Source: Octopus sinensis
Lineage: Eukaryota
Assembly (NCBI RefSeq): GCF_006345805.1
Contig: NC_043000.1
Location: forward strand, 115,754,001-115,818,000
Length of the DNA stretch: 64,000 nt
Direction: 5' to 3'
In this document: positions 38,561-52,040 of the stretch, one piece after another
Layout: each line of letters begins with the position of its first letter
How positions within the stretch are numbered: position 1 is the stretch's first letter
Notes under the pieces: generated by a model
What the model was told of the DNA's origin: nothing
Databases searched by the model: none
Seen by the model: the letters and a program-made list of their open reading frames with translations, nothing else
Made by a program: the position numbers and the translations under genes

Positions 38561-38858
38561 AGTCTCAGTTCGCCCCGTTTGGGAATCCAACCGGAAGGAT
38601 AAACGATGGTTGCTTCTGATAGGACCCTATCAGTGCCGGATTAACCATGAAGCAAAATAAGCACGTGGTTAGGACATGAAGGGAAGCGGAAGGGGCAAAC
38701 CACAGAAATGGCAAATGGTTTACGACAACAGTGTCGCAAAATATCCTTTTCTGAACGATGAACAAATAATCAATGTACACATAGGTAGACGGAATATATA
38801 CAACTCAGACTGTAGTGCATTATTGAATGTTATTGACTGTTTATTCGGTTGATACGTA

Positions 38859-39426
38859 CGAGGGTGAGTCAAAACGTAATACCATTTTGTTTAGGACAGA
38901 TATAATTACCAACACAGGAACATGTATCATACATCAAAATGAAGCTGGTGCTCTGAGGATCATTTCGCTACTTCTCAACATAGTCTCCGGTTCTCTCAAT
39001 AGCAATGTACCACCTTCGAATGAGAGCATGTATCTCTGCCCCGTAAAATTCTGTTGACTGTTCTTTAAGCCACGTCTTCACTACAGTTTTCATTTCCCTG
39101 TCACTGGAATAATGCTTGCCTCTCAAACCCTCTTTCATGGGGCCAAAGAGATGATAGTCTGAAGGTGCTAAATTATTCCAGTGATGAGGAAGTGAAAACT
39201 GTAGTGAAGAAGTGGCTCAAAGAACAGACAACAAAATTTTACGGGGCAGGAATACATGCTCTCATTCGAAGGTGGAACATTGCTATTGAGAGAAACAGTA
39301 TCTATGTTGAGAAGTAGTGAAGTGATCCACAGAGAACCAGCTTCGTTTTGATTTACGATACATGTTCCTGTGTTGGTAATTATACCTGTCCTAAACAAAA
39401 TGGCATTAATTTTTGACTCACCCTCG
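38859..39426. mobile_element. Mariner derivative with two 3' ends (palindromic MITE)
   Basis: TA|CGAGGGTGAGTCAAAA...TTTTGACTCACCCTCG|TA; both arms encode the C-terminus YSSDEEVKTVVKKWLKEQ...RWNIAIERNSIYVEK*; left arm extends to DLAPSDYHLF. Confidence 0.92.
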
Positions 39427-39836
39427 TATATGCTGGTCATGCTATTATTTCTTGAGCAAACTGTATGCTAAGAAAAGGTATACCGTGTTATTGATATTTG
39501 TAATGTGTTACTGATATTCATATTGTATCTCATTGTAAGCAAACTCCCACGCATTTGTGCATCTAACTGCCACACTCATTCAAGCCTGACTTTGTGTATA
39601 TCCATACATATCTGCCGGTGCAGGAGTGTGTGTTTGTGTAGCCATGTACGTGTGTAAGCGTGTCTCTCTATGTGTACCTACGCGAATATATAAATATATA
39701 CATATTTATAATATAAGGGTAAATAATTATTAATTCATAATTTAAAAAATTAGCAATTATTACTGAGTAGTTTCGGTATGAAAATATAACCATAATCGGT
39801 AGGAACTTTTACAAAAAGTTCTTTATATATATATTA

Positions 39837-39876
<40 letters not shown>

Positions 39877-40204
39877 TATATATAATATATATATAATAAT
39901 ATTAGGGAATAAATCCAAACTTACAGGGAAAAATTAGATTTAGGGTTAAATCCAATTTTTAGTATAAATATATATTATATTATATTATATCAAATTAGAG
40001 ATAAAACCACTATTAGGCAAATCAAACAGTGAAAAACATAAGCCAATACATAAAATTAATTTAAAAATATAAAAGTTAAAAATAAAAAATTATTTAAATA
40101 ATTTAAACTTATAAATTTTATATATATATACAAATATATATATATATATGTATGTTTGATATTAAAAAAAAAATTAATAAATAAAATAATATATAAATAT
40201 AAAA

Positions 40205-40238
<34 letters not shown>

Positions 40239-40277
40239 TTGTATATATATATATAAAATTTATAAGTTTAAATTATA

Positions 40278-40692
40278 CTCTTACTCTTTACTCTTTTACT
40301 TGTTTCAGTCATTTGACTGCGGCCATGCTGGAGCACCGCCTTTAGTCGAGCAAATCGACCCCGGGACTTATTCTTTGCAAGCCCAGTACTTATTCTATCG
40401 GTCTATTTTGCCGAACCGCTAAGTGACGGGGACGTAGAGACACCAGCATCGGTTGTCAAGCAATGCTAGGGGGGCAAACACAGACACACAAACAAACACA
40501 TATATATACATATATATATATATACATACGACAGGCTTCTTCCAGTTTCCGTCTACCAAATCCACTCACAAGGCATTGGTCGGCCCGGGGCTATAGCAGA
40601 AGACACTTGCCTAAGATGCCACGCAGTGGGACTTAACCCGGAACCATGTGGTTGGTTAGCAAGCTACTTACCACACAGCCACTCCTGCGCCT
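40278..40692 (-). mobile_element. SINE group A, full length, inserted in an AT-rich fold-back
   Basis: Clean consensus match. Confidence 0.93.
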
Positions 40693-40811
40693 ATTTAAAT
40701 AATTTTTTATTTTTAACTTTTATATTTTTAAATTAATTTTATGTATTGGCTTATGTTTTTCACTGTTTGATTTGCCTAATAGTGGTTTTATCTCTAATTT
40801 AATTTAATATA

Positions 40812-40906
<95 letters not shown>

Positions 40907-41734
40907 GAATAGGGTTAAGCAACATGAATAGGATTAAACCCTATTCATTTTAATATATAAATATATGCATAATTAGGCGAAGCGGATACATGGGGCAATG
41001 GAAGTCAAGTAATAAATCAGCATGAAATGACCATCACAGCCTTCTGATTCTTAGGTATTTGCAAGAGAGAGGTGAAGGAAGTGACTGTATTTACGTATGT
41101 CTCCATAAAGCACCGTAGTCGCGTCGCCAAATTCTAATTAACCGCTCAAGTGTACCGCTGTGTTTTGTCTGTTCGTCTCCGACGAGATTGTCTTATCTTT
41201 TTATGATTTCATTTAATGATAACGTAAAGTGTACTAGCCCCAGGAGATCGACGTCTCCAGCTGGCCTATGACACAATTTCTGTGTCCTTAGGATATTTGC
41301 AAAGGGAGGTCATCCTGCCTCGAAAACCTAAGTGATACATACGGACTATAGTTTCAAGGTTTTTGCCTCTCGTCAACGTATGGTAAACACCGGTTTTCGA
41401 TGAAGGAGACTTTTGCAAATAATTATTTAATGTTTTTCCCAGCAACCACAGTCACTGATTTAGAAAAACTGTCTGAAAGCATTAATAAATCTCCGAACGA
41501 GATGTAAACAGTAACCGCTCGACAACGTAAAGTGTACTAGCCATCTGAATGTGGCTAGCCACTGGGGGTGGGTGTTACTGACGCTTTTAGCCCCAGGAGA
41601 TCGACGTCTCCAGCTGGCCTTAGACACAATTTCTGTGCTCTTATGATATTTGCAAAGGGAGGTCATCCTCCCTCGAAAACCTAAGTGATACATACGGACT
41701 ATAGTTTCAAGATTTTTGCCATCTTCATAAAAAA

Positions 41735-42176
41735 GGTGGTGAGCTGGCAGAAACGTTAGCACACCGGGCGAAATGCTTAGCAGTGTTTCGTCTGTCTTTA
41801 CGCTCTGAGTTCAAACTCCGCCGAGGTTGACTTTGCTTTTCATCCTTTCGAAGTCGATATTTTAAGTACTAGTTGCGTACTGGGGTCGATCTAATCGACT
41901 GGCTCCCTCCCCCAAAATTTCAGGCCTTGTGCCTAGTGTAGAAAAAAGTATTAAGGGTGAAGGCAGCGAGCTGGCAGAACCGTTAGCACGCCGGGAGAAA
42001 TGCTTAGCAATAAGTATTTCGTCTGTCTTTACGCTCTGAGTTCAAATTGCGCCGAGGTTAACTTTGCTTTTCATCCTTTCGGGGTCGATAAATTAAGTAC
42101 CAGTTGCGTCATGGGTCGATCTAATTGACTGGCCCCCTTCCCCCAAATTTCATGCCTAGTGCCCAGAGTAGAAAAG
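41735..42176 (+). mobile_element. Two head-to-tail full-length SINE group B copies (tail type 2)
   Basis: Heads at about 41735 and 41960; both end GTGCC.AG.GTAGAAAA. Confidence 0.9.
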
Positions 42177-42883
42177 GATATATCTTTATAAAAGTAAGAA
42201 TATTACCAGCTCATTGTATACTTATCAAAATAACCTTTACTTTGGAGAGTATTGTAGTTCGCTTGAAGCATTGTGTATTGTTTGTAAAGAATAAAGTGTT
42301 TTGAATGGCACAATAATGCTCTATAATAGCAACAATGGACTATAATAACTGTTGTAATTTAATCCTCCATAGTCTGATATGATATTTCGGAATATAAAAT
42401 TATTTTTTCAGATATTCCTAGGAATTGATCGAGTCGCTGCTATAATCGGTTTTCCAACGGCTTTTATTTCTTCTTTTTCCTTTTACTTATATTTTTATTC
42501 TTATATACGTGTTTTATTTATGATTAACTATTCGTAGGTCTATTATCTATATAAAAAAAGGAACCGTATCCATTCCATGTCATTCTATCCACGAAACCCC
42601 CAAGCAACCAGTTAAAGGCGTATAACGAAATCCATTATAATTCAACTAATTGAAACCGAGATGATTGAGTGAGCTACCTTTTGAAAAGTCACCTGATGGG
42701 ACACATCTGCACCGAAAGGTGCACCACCACCAGTTGCCCATAATCTCACCAGCGAGACCAATGCAATAGGAGTTGAAACGAACGATCGTTGTGATTAAGA
42801 ATCTCGTGGATTGCATTTTCCCCTTTCCCTTCTTTGTTACACACACATACATACATACACACATACATACATACACACATACA

Positions 42884-42915
<32 letters not shown>

Positions 42916-43174
42916 CAAATACATACACACATACATGCGTACATAAAATAAAAGAGGATAATAATCAGCTACGTAAGGTAATCGAAGAATGCTCTACAAG
43001 AATTCTAAATCCGAAATCAAACAAGAAATAATCTACACTATTAATAAAAAACACCTTACTCTTTACAGATCAGCCCCATAAAACGTGTGTTTGAAAAATT
43101 GAGCAACGAAAGTGTTTATACACAATCCGAAAGCTTCTTTCCGAATATTTCGTGTTATTCTGTTTTTAATAGAA

Positions 43175-43266
<92 letters not shown>

Positions 43267-43442
43267 TGGTATGTATGTATGTCATTCAGTTTTATTTCAA
43301 GATATCTTGCCAACAGAGAAAGAACCGGTTTCTAACCTAGTATCATGGCTTCTTCATTGGAATTTCAACATCAAGAATAGGGTATGTATGTATTTATGTA
43401 TGTATGTATTTATGTATGTATGTATGTATGCATCTATCTATA

Positions 43443-43515
<73 letters not shown>
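43175..43515. repeat. (TG)n, (TATG)n and (CTAT)n microsatellites
   Basis: Direct inspection. Confidence 0.9.
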
Positions 43516-43517
<2 letters not shown>

Positions 43518-43914
43518 AATACATACACACACAGGCAGATACACCCACAAACATAGACATACTACACATTAAAACCGAAAAAATTCTTCACAAACTGTTA
43601 CTCCGAGGATCAGTTGACCGTTCGTCAAACATTTGCGATAATACAATATAATAGCAACAGTTTACTTGGCAACCATGTAGTCTCAGGTTCAATTCCTCTG
43701 CGCAGCGCCTTCAGCAAGTGTTTTCTGGTTTAGCCTAGAGCCGTCTTAAAAAGAAACGCACTTACAAAGAAACGAAAATGAAGTAAAGTGCGGGAGAGGG
43801 GGTCGATTTCTTCGACTAACCACCCCCTCAAGGCGGTTGCTCCGGCATGGCCGCAGACCAACATCTGAAAGCAGTAAAAGACAAAAGGTAGATAAAAAGT
43901 ATACAGTCGCACGC

Positions 43915-44078
43915 GAGTACACACACATGCCACACACACAGGCACACACACTCACAAACACATATATTCACACACACACACTCACACAGATACACATACA
44001 CAACGCACATACACTTACACACACCACACACACAGACACACACACACTCACTCACACACACACATATATATACATATA

Positions 44079-44130
<52 letters not shown>

Positions 44131-44139
44131 CATGTACAT

Positions 44140-44170
<31 letters not shown>

Positions 44171-44529
44171 TATATATGTACATATATATATATATACATA
44201 TATATATATGTACATATATATATATACATATATATATATACATACATATATACATGTACATATATATATATACATACATATATATATATATGTACATATA
44301 TACATATACATACATTATATATATATGTACATATATACATATACATACATATATATATATGTACATATATATACATATACATATATATGTACATATATAT
44401 ATGTACATACATATATATATATACATATATATATATGTATACATATATATGTATACATATATATACATACATAGATATACAGATATATATATATATATAT
44501 ATACATACACATACATACATACATACACT

Positions 44530-44568
<39 letters not shown>

Positions 44569-44570
44569 GA
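43915..44570. repeat. (CA)n/(TACA)n/(TA)n compound microsatellite
   Basis: Direct inspection; source of the YI/CV-repeat ORFs. Confidence 0.97.
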
Positions 44571-45431
44571 ACTTATGTTACTTAAGTGTACACAACAACA
44601 GATGTAGAGAACAGAATTCTATTCACAAAAAAACCCAGAATGCAATTACTATAGTTTTTTGTTTAGAATCTTCAGATTATAATGATAAATTATAAAAAAA
44701 AAATATCATTTGTATATACATATATATATTTAATTAGGGTTTGGAAAAATCTCGGAGTAAAGAAATAAATCGAGGGATAGAGAAGAGAAAGCGAACAATA
44801 GACAACGTTATGACGATGGGGGGTAAGAAGCGTTAGAGGTCGACGAAACACATTATCTGTTGTCATTGAATAATTAAAAAGAATGGAAACAGAATTGTTG
44901 TAAATATCAAGAAATTTTAAATAATTTGCAAGTTCGGTCGAGGAGGCGTGGTTTACGTATGACAAACGGTTTGTTGAATTCAAATTTATTACACGGAGCT
45001 TGGTAATTTGTAAAAGAGAAAAAAAGTCATGTTGACTGTGTTTAAATGTAAATCATAAAAAGCGAGGATGATGGAAAGGAAGTGAAATGGGAAAAGGTTT
45101 TTATTAAAGGCGAGCGGATTAAAAGTTTTTTAAGGAAAAACACATTGTCGGAATGAAACGATTGGGCGTTGCTGTTTAGTTGCTGACGCTTTAGCATGGC
45201 TGAATGGACGTTCAGACTTGTGTTAGTGACACTACTTTTGGTGCTAGAGGCAAACACACACATATATAAACACATACAGGCAGGCTCATGCAGAAGCAGA
45301 AATATACGCATAAGAATAGAGAGAGGAAGAGAGAGAGAGAGAGAGAGAGAGAGGGTGAAAGGGAGGGAGAGGGGAGAGACATGGTCAATATAAATATAAC
45401 TAGGTGCTCACACATAAACACAGTGTGTGTG

Positions 45432-45477
<46 letters not shown>

Positions 45478-45529
45478 GAATTGCACTTACAAATGTATCT
45501 AGTTGCTCATACACATAAACCAAAGACAA

Positions 45530-45930
45530 ACATAGATAGGTAGGTAGATAGATAGATAGGTAGATAGACATATAGATAGATAAATAGATAGGTAGATAGG
45601 TAGGTAGATAGATAGGTAGATAAATAGAGAGGTAAATAGACATATAGATAAATAAATAGGTAGATAAATAGATAGGTAGATAGGTAGATAGATAGGTAGA
45701 TAAATAGAGAGGTAACTAGACATATAGATAAATAAATAGGTAGATAAATAGATAGGTAGATAGATAGATAATTAGATAGATCGATAGATAAGTAGATAGA
45801 TAGATAGGTTATTAGATAAATGGATAGATATGTAGACAGACAGGTAGGTAGATAGATAAATAGATAGATAAATAGAGATATAGGTAAATAGATATATTGA
45901 TAGGCAGATAGGTGGATAGCTAGATAGGCA
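45530..45930. repeat. (GATA)n/(GGTA)n microsatellite
   Basis: Direct inspection. Confidence 0.95.
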
Positions 45931-46641
45931 AATATACAAAAGTTACAATTTAATCATTGAACACCTTTGACACACACACTTTCCCTCTCCTCATACACAG
46001 AAAAGAGGAATATGTTCACACACACACACACACACAGATAGATAGATACAGTGATAGATATAGAGTGAGAGAGAGAGAAGAGAAAGAAAAAAGAGCAAAT
46101 TAGGGAAAATTAAAATCTATGTCAAATAAGTCAGCGTCGAATTGAATCATCGACACCAAATCGGCGGCGCCAGTTGACTGTGTCAAAGCGTCTCACAATC
46201 CATACCTTGTTACATTTGGAAGAGGTGGAATCATTGGATAAGTTTGGAATTATTGCATGAAGGACGAATGAAAAATAAATGAGTTAGTCTCGCGGCTATT
46301 AGTCTCGTCTCATTATTTTCCGAGAAGCCACCTAGCATTAGAGGAAATAAGTTTCATTTAGAAATTATTCAAATTGACGGTTATAAATATTTAAGCGTGT
46401 AAAACATTAAGGGAAAAATAATTAGTTTAAATATAAAATGTATTAAATAAAATATAACTGAGTTAGAAGTAATTCAATAGAGGGGTGGAAAAGATCCGGC
46501 ATGATAAATATTTTGTGATGTGATAATTTGTATCTAGATGGTTGTTAGAAAAAATTTACTGTAGCATGTGAAAAACATTTGGAGGTATTAGAAAGGTTAG
46601 GAGATCTAATGATGGTAAAAGAATGTGTAGGATTTTTAGTA

Positions 46642-46908
46642 TTGTAAATCCTCGAGTATAATCCGCATTTTCCCCCCAAAATTTAAAGGTCAAAATCCCC
46701 AGTGCGTATTATATACGAGGTTAAAAATGTAAAATATTTTCCAAGCAATGCCCGAGTCTCTATTTGCTGTCCGGCAATGTTTATTCAGACGCATTTTGTG
46801 ATGTCGGGCGCGAAAATACCTTAAGCTAAGCCTGAAAACAATGGAGTCATAAAAGAATCATCCATAACTTGCAGTAAGCAAAATTTATTAAACGTTATTA
46901 CTGTTATT
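46642..46908 (+). mobile_element. pogo/Tigger-like MITE copy 3 (left half)
   Basis: Matches 18315-18585. Confidence 0.85.
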
Positions 46909-47269
46909 CCAAAGAAAAACGATTTTATTCACACAAATATGCAACCGAAGAGTTTAAAGTACCAGTAATAATAATAAGGCTGTTGACTGGGAGAGCACAA
47001 ACATGGTTTAAACAGTAAGCTTGGCAGGGAAGAAACGTGCCTTAAAGCAGTACAAAAACAATAAAAAATGGAAGGTGCAGTTATGTACAGGTTGACGGAA
47101 GAAAAGCAGGACAAAAACTATGCATGCAAATGGGTTAGCTGGAGGTAAATCTAGATGGTAAAGTATGATGATTTTTTTTGCGCAAACTGCACGTGCATTT
47201 TTCTCGCGTACTCGTAGTAGAGATCGCAACAGCTGATATACTTGCCCGTACAAATGCACGTTCGCACGG

Positions 47270-47412
47270 CTTTATCGATCGCATTCTCACCTGGAATCGA
47301 TTTTTGTAATTTTTTCAAGACTTATCTACATATCAAATTTGAGCGCAATCGGATGGAGGATGCCCGAGATCCTAGAAAACACACAGACAGAACGGATTTT
47401 ATATAAAAGATA
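47270..47412 (-). mobile_element. Possible Helitron-type 5' end of a second family
   Basis: CAAATTTGAGCGCAATCGGATG...ACAGACAGAACGGATTTTATATAAAAGAT resembles the 5' ends of the two Helitrons; no CTAG end found. Confidence 0.45.
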
Positions 47413-47499
47413 TGTGTGTGTGTGTGTGTATGTATGTATAGTAACACAGTCGCCTTAAAGAGATGTGTGTACACATTTAAAAATATACATACGTATATA

Positions 47500-47655
47500 T
47501 ATATATATACACGACAGGCTTCTTTCAGTTTCCGTCTATCGAATCCACTCACAAAGCTTTAGCCTGTCCGAGGCTATAGTAGAAGATACTTGCCCAAGGT
47601 GCCATGCAGTGGGACTGAACCCGGAGCCATGTGGTTGGGAAGCAAGCTTCTTATC
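47500..47655 (-). mobile_element. SINE group A, 5' half
   Basis: Consensus match. Confidence 0.85.
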
Positions 47656-48187
47656 ACTCAAATATCATCACTCCCTTTCCAGATCCTACAACATTTGACA
47701 TAGAAGGTTCGGTCCTCCAGAGCCGTCTTCGTCTCTCAGTCCACCTAGTATTTTTGTCTGTAAATTTTTTCGTCTGTTATGCAAATTCATCCATTTTGTT
47801 GAAATTAGCAGTTTCTCGTCCTTGAGTGTTTTAAATCGTTTCGTTATCACGGATTAGCTAACTTTGAATAAAGATTAGTGACAAGCGAGCTTAGTGAACA
47901 AGATTTTATAAGATTCAAAAACGAATAGGCGGGGCTTGTCACTGTTTATTTACTGTTTCGGAAAATAAAATATACATTCTTTTATATGAAGATGCTTTGC
48001 CTAGTGGATAGCGTGTTGCAATTACGATCGAAGGATCTTGGTTTCGATTGCCGAACTGGACAGTACGTTGTGTTCTGAAGCAAAATACTTCATTTCACAA
48101 TGCCCTGCGATCACTTTGTCACGTGATGCATACCGCACTATGGACTTCTATAGCCAGTGTTAATTTGATAGAGGTTAATGAGCTAAT

Positions 48188-48465
48188 GGTGGAGGCGCAA
48201 TGGCCCAGTGGTTAGGGCAGCGGACTAGCGGCCGGAGGATCGCGGTTTCGATTCCCAGACTGGGCGTTGTGTGTGTTTATTGAGCAAAAACACCTAAAAG
48301 CTCCACGATGCTCCGGCAGGGGGTGGTGGCGACCCCTGTTGTACTCTCACTCTTTCTTCCTCTTTCTTGGGCAACACTGCGATGGACTGCCGCCCCGTCT
48401 AGCTGGGGGAACGAAATACGCCACGGAAACCGGGAAACCGGGCTCATGAACCTGGCTAGGCTTGA
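48188..48465 (+). mobile_element. SINE with group C head and a different tail
   Basis: Group C head to CTCACTCTTTCTTCCT, then ...TACGCCACGGAAACCGGGAAACCGGGCTCATGA. Confidence 0.8.
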
Positions 48466-48729
48466 AAAGAGCGGAAAGAAGAATCAAGAATTTGATCGCT
48501 TTAAACAAATAAATCATCTATACAGGTTACAGAATCCTCGTCCGTGAGGATAACGTAGCTGTGGCATGTTTTGTTTTGAGAATACAAATAAATTTCGAAA
48601 CATTTGTATTTGAGTTTCTAACTTGATTGCGAAAAAGAATATTAATCTTAATCTGAAAGCATTAGAAGTTAATCCTGTGTTCTTTAAAGATAAGGTTTAT
48701 TTTGATTGTGTCATGATAAAGTCTCTGCG

Positions 48730-49085
48730 TAGCTGTGAGGTAAGAAGCTTCCTCACCAACCAAATGGTTCTGGGTTCAGTCCCACTGCGTTGCCCCTCGA
48801 GTAACTGTTTTCTTCTACAGCTTTGGGCCGACCTTGTGATTGGGTTTGGTAGAAGGAAACTGAAAGAAGCCCATCGTAAAAATAAATCTGTGTGCGTGTG
48901 TATTTGTGTCTGTGTTTGTCCACCACCACCGTTTGATTATCGGTGTTGGTGTGTTTACGTCTCCATAACAGAGCGGTTCGGTAAAAGGGATGATAGAATA
49001 AGCACCAGGCTTTAAAAATATCCCCCGGGGATCGATTCAAGGTGATGCCCGAGCATGGCCGCAGTCTAATGACTGAAACCACTAA
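48730..49085 (+). mobile_element. SINE group A (degenerate)
   Basis: Consensus match. Confidence 0.8.
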
Positions 49086-49189
49086 AAGATAGTTGAATGG
49101 ATATTATTGTGGTAATTACTCTTACCGTATCTTTGTTAGGTTAATTTGTTTAAGAGAATGTTAAGTTTATAGCGATTGATATTAATTAA

Positions 49190-49400
49190 AGGCGGCTAGC
49201 AGAAAACATTTTTAGCATGCCGGACAAAATGCTTAGCGGCATTTCGTCCGTCTTTACGTTCGGAGTTCAAATTCCGCCAAGGTCAACTTCGCCTTTCATC
49301 CTTTCAGAGTCGATAAAATAAGTACCAGTTGAACACTGGGCTCAATGCAATCGACTTACCCCTCCTCCGAAATTTGCTGGCCTTGTGCCATAATTTGAAA
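49190..49400 (+). mobile_element. SINE group B (tail type 3)
   Basis: Core plus GCTGGCCTTGTGCCATAATTTGAAAC. Confidence 0.85.
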
Positions 49401-49554
49401 CTAATATTTATGATGCGGGAAAAAAATTATAAGAGGTTGAAGAAGTATTTGGCAACTGTTGTCGGAAAATTTTGATTTTATGGCGGGTGAAACCAGACAG
49501 CGATGGGGGTCGACAAACAGACACACGCACGGACTGGCATAACAAGTCCATAGG

Positions 49555-49877
49555 AACACTCCGTCGGTTACGACGACGAGGGTCCCAGCTGATACGATCA
49601 ACGGAACAACTTGCTCGTAAGATTAACGTGCAGGTGGAAGAGCACTCCACAGACACGTGTACCCTTAACGTAGTTCTCGAGGAGATTCAGCGTGACACAG
49701 AGTGTGACAAGGACGGCCCTTTGAAATCCAAGTACTACTCATTTTTGCCAGCTGAGTGGACTGGAGCAACGTGAAATAAAGTGTCTTGGTCAAGGACACA
49801 ACGCGTCGCCGGTAATTGAACTCACAACCTTACAATCGTGAGCCGAATGCCCTAACCACTAAGCCACGCACCTTCAC
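49555..49877 (-). mobile_element. SINE group D, full length
   Basis: Group D head plus about 175-bp tail shared with group C. Confidence 0.9.
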
Positions 49878-50233
49878 ATAGTCCATACTACAGGCTAAAT
49901 GACAATATCATTAGTTTCTTCTGCACTCTCTGTAACAAATATCTTATATTCTAACTCAATATTTTCTTTCTACACACGGCCTGTACACTTAAGTTTAGGC
50001 CTGAATTGAGCCCCAAGACCCACAAGGTCGGAGTTAATCCGGACTCCATGGCGTATATGTAACTGAGATTACAATAGTCCCTCCTGGACAGGACGCCGAT
50101 CCGTTGCAGAGTTAACTTTCCAGATATTAGTGGAAATCATTTACAGCTGAGTGGACTGGGGCAACGTAAAATGAATTGTTTTCTTCAAAGACACAACACA
50201 CCACCCAGTATAGGAATCGATCCCACGATTTTA

Positions 50234-50998
50234 TTCTCTACTCTAGGCACTAGGCCCGTAATATTTGGGGAAGGGGCTAGTCGATTAGAACGAACCCAGT
50301 ACTCAACTGGTACTTAATTTATCGACCCCCGAAAGGATGAAAGACAAAGTCGACCTCGTCGGAATTTGAACTCAGAACGTAACGGCAGAAAAGTACCTAT
50401 TTCTTTACTACCCACAAGGGGCTAAACAAAGAAGGGACAATCAAGGACAGACAAACGGATTAAGTCGATTACACCGACCCCAGTGCGTAACTGGTCCTTA
50501 ATTTATCGACTCCGAAAGGATGAAAGGCAAAGTCGACCTGGGCAGAATTTGAACTCAGAACGTAGCGGGAGACGAAATACCTATTTCTTTACTACCCACA
50601 GGGATCTAAACGCAGAGGGGACAAACAAGGACAGACAAACGGATTAAGTCGATTATATCGACCCCAGTGCGTAACTGGTACTTATTTAATCGACCCCGAA
50701 AGGGTGAAAGGCAAAGTCGACCTCGGCGGTATTTGAACTCAGGACGTAACGGCAGACGAAATACCTATTTCTTTACTACCCACAAGGGACTAAACACAGA
50801 GGGGACAAACAAGTACAAACAAACGGATTAAGTAGATTATATCAATCTCAGTGCACAACTGGTACTTAATATATCGACTCTGAAAGGATGAGAGGCAAAG
50901 TCGACCTCGGCGGAATTTGAACTCAGGACGTAAAGACAGACGAAATATCGCTAAGCAGTTCGCCCGACGTGCTAACGTTTCTGCCAGCTCGCCGCCTC
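50234..50998 (-). mobile_element. SINE group B tetramer nested in an older SINE
   Basis: Junctions TACCTATTTC at 50394, 50578 and 50762 (184-bp period); flanking duplication CCACGATTTTA. Confidence 0.92.
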
Positions 50999-51591
50999 TC
51001 GAAACCACGATTTTACGATCATGTGTGTAACATCCTAACCACTCCGTCACGCGCTTTCACTATCTACACTCACATCCACCTTTGAATTAAATTCTGAATA
51101 AACTATGAGCTATCGTCTTATCATAAGCACATATAATGCTGAGACTAAGCTCAGATAATTGAATTGTACAATAATTCACTTAATTCTTTGACAGGCCTGT
51201 TAGATCTAAGTTAACATTATACATACATACATACATACATACATACATACGTATGTAAATACATACATACATACGTATGTACATACATACAAGCATGCAT
51301 ACACTCGTACATATATTTTTAACACTATATATACATTTACATATATGTATATATATTTTGATAAAAATGTATGACTTACACACACACATTGAGATATTTT
51401 ATATTTTGGTTCAAAAATAAATACTTTCTATTATCCACGATAAACTTATCAAATTCTCAAAGCATTCTCCTTTCGTTTTGTTTTTTAATATAGATTTAAG
51501 CTTATCAATACATACATACATACATACATACATACATACATACATACATACATACATAAATGTACGTAGGAATGGCTTTATGGTAAGTGGC

Positions 51592-51770
51592 TAGGCGTAG
51601 GATTGATTGTGTTGTAAGTAGCTTGCTTACCAACCACATGGTTTTGGTTTCAGTCCCACTGCGTGGAACCTTGGGCAAGGGTCTTCTACTATAGCTTGGG
51701 CTGACCAAAGCCTTGTGAGTGGATTTGGTGGACGGAAACTGAAAGAAGCACGTCGTATATATGTATATGC

Positions 51771-51805
<35 letters not shown>

Positions 51806-52040
51806 TGTATGTATGTATGTATGTATGTGCATATGTTTGTGTGCCTGTGTTTGTCCCCCCAACATCGCTTGACAACTGATGCTGGTGTGTTTAGGTTGCC
51901 GTAACGTAGCGGTTCGGCAAAAGACCCCGATAGAATAAGTACTAGGCTTACAAAGAATAAGTCCTGGGGTCGAATTGCTCGACTAAAAGGCAGTGCTCCA
52001 GCATGGCCACAGTCAAATGACTGAAACAAGTAAAAGAGTA
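51592..52040 (+). mobile_element. SINE group A, full length
   Basis: Consensus match with internal (TATG)n. Confidence 0.9.

Noticed and set aside
42708-42723. TGCACC-GAAA-GGTGCA GNRA hairpin
   Set aside because: A single 6-bp stem with no surrounding structure I can support
43828-44695. Stack of 100-256-aa YI/CV/HT-repeat ORFs (also at 1.4, 5.7, 9, 15, 53, 57 and 63 kb)
   Set aside because: Stop-free translations of microsatellites in several frames and on both strands
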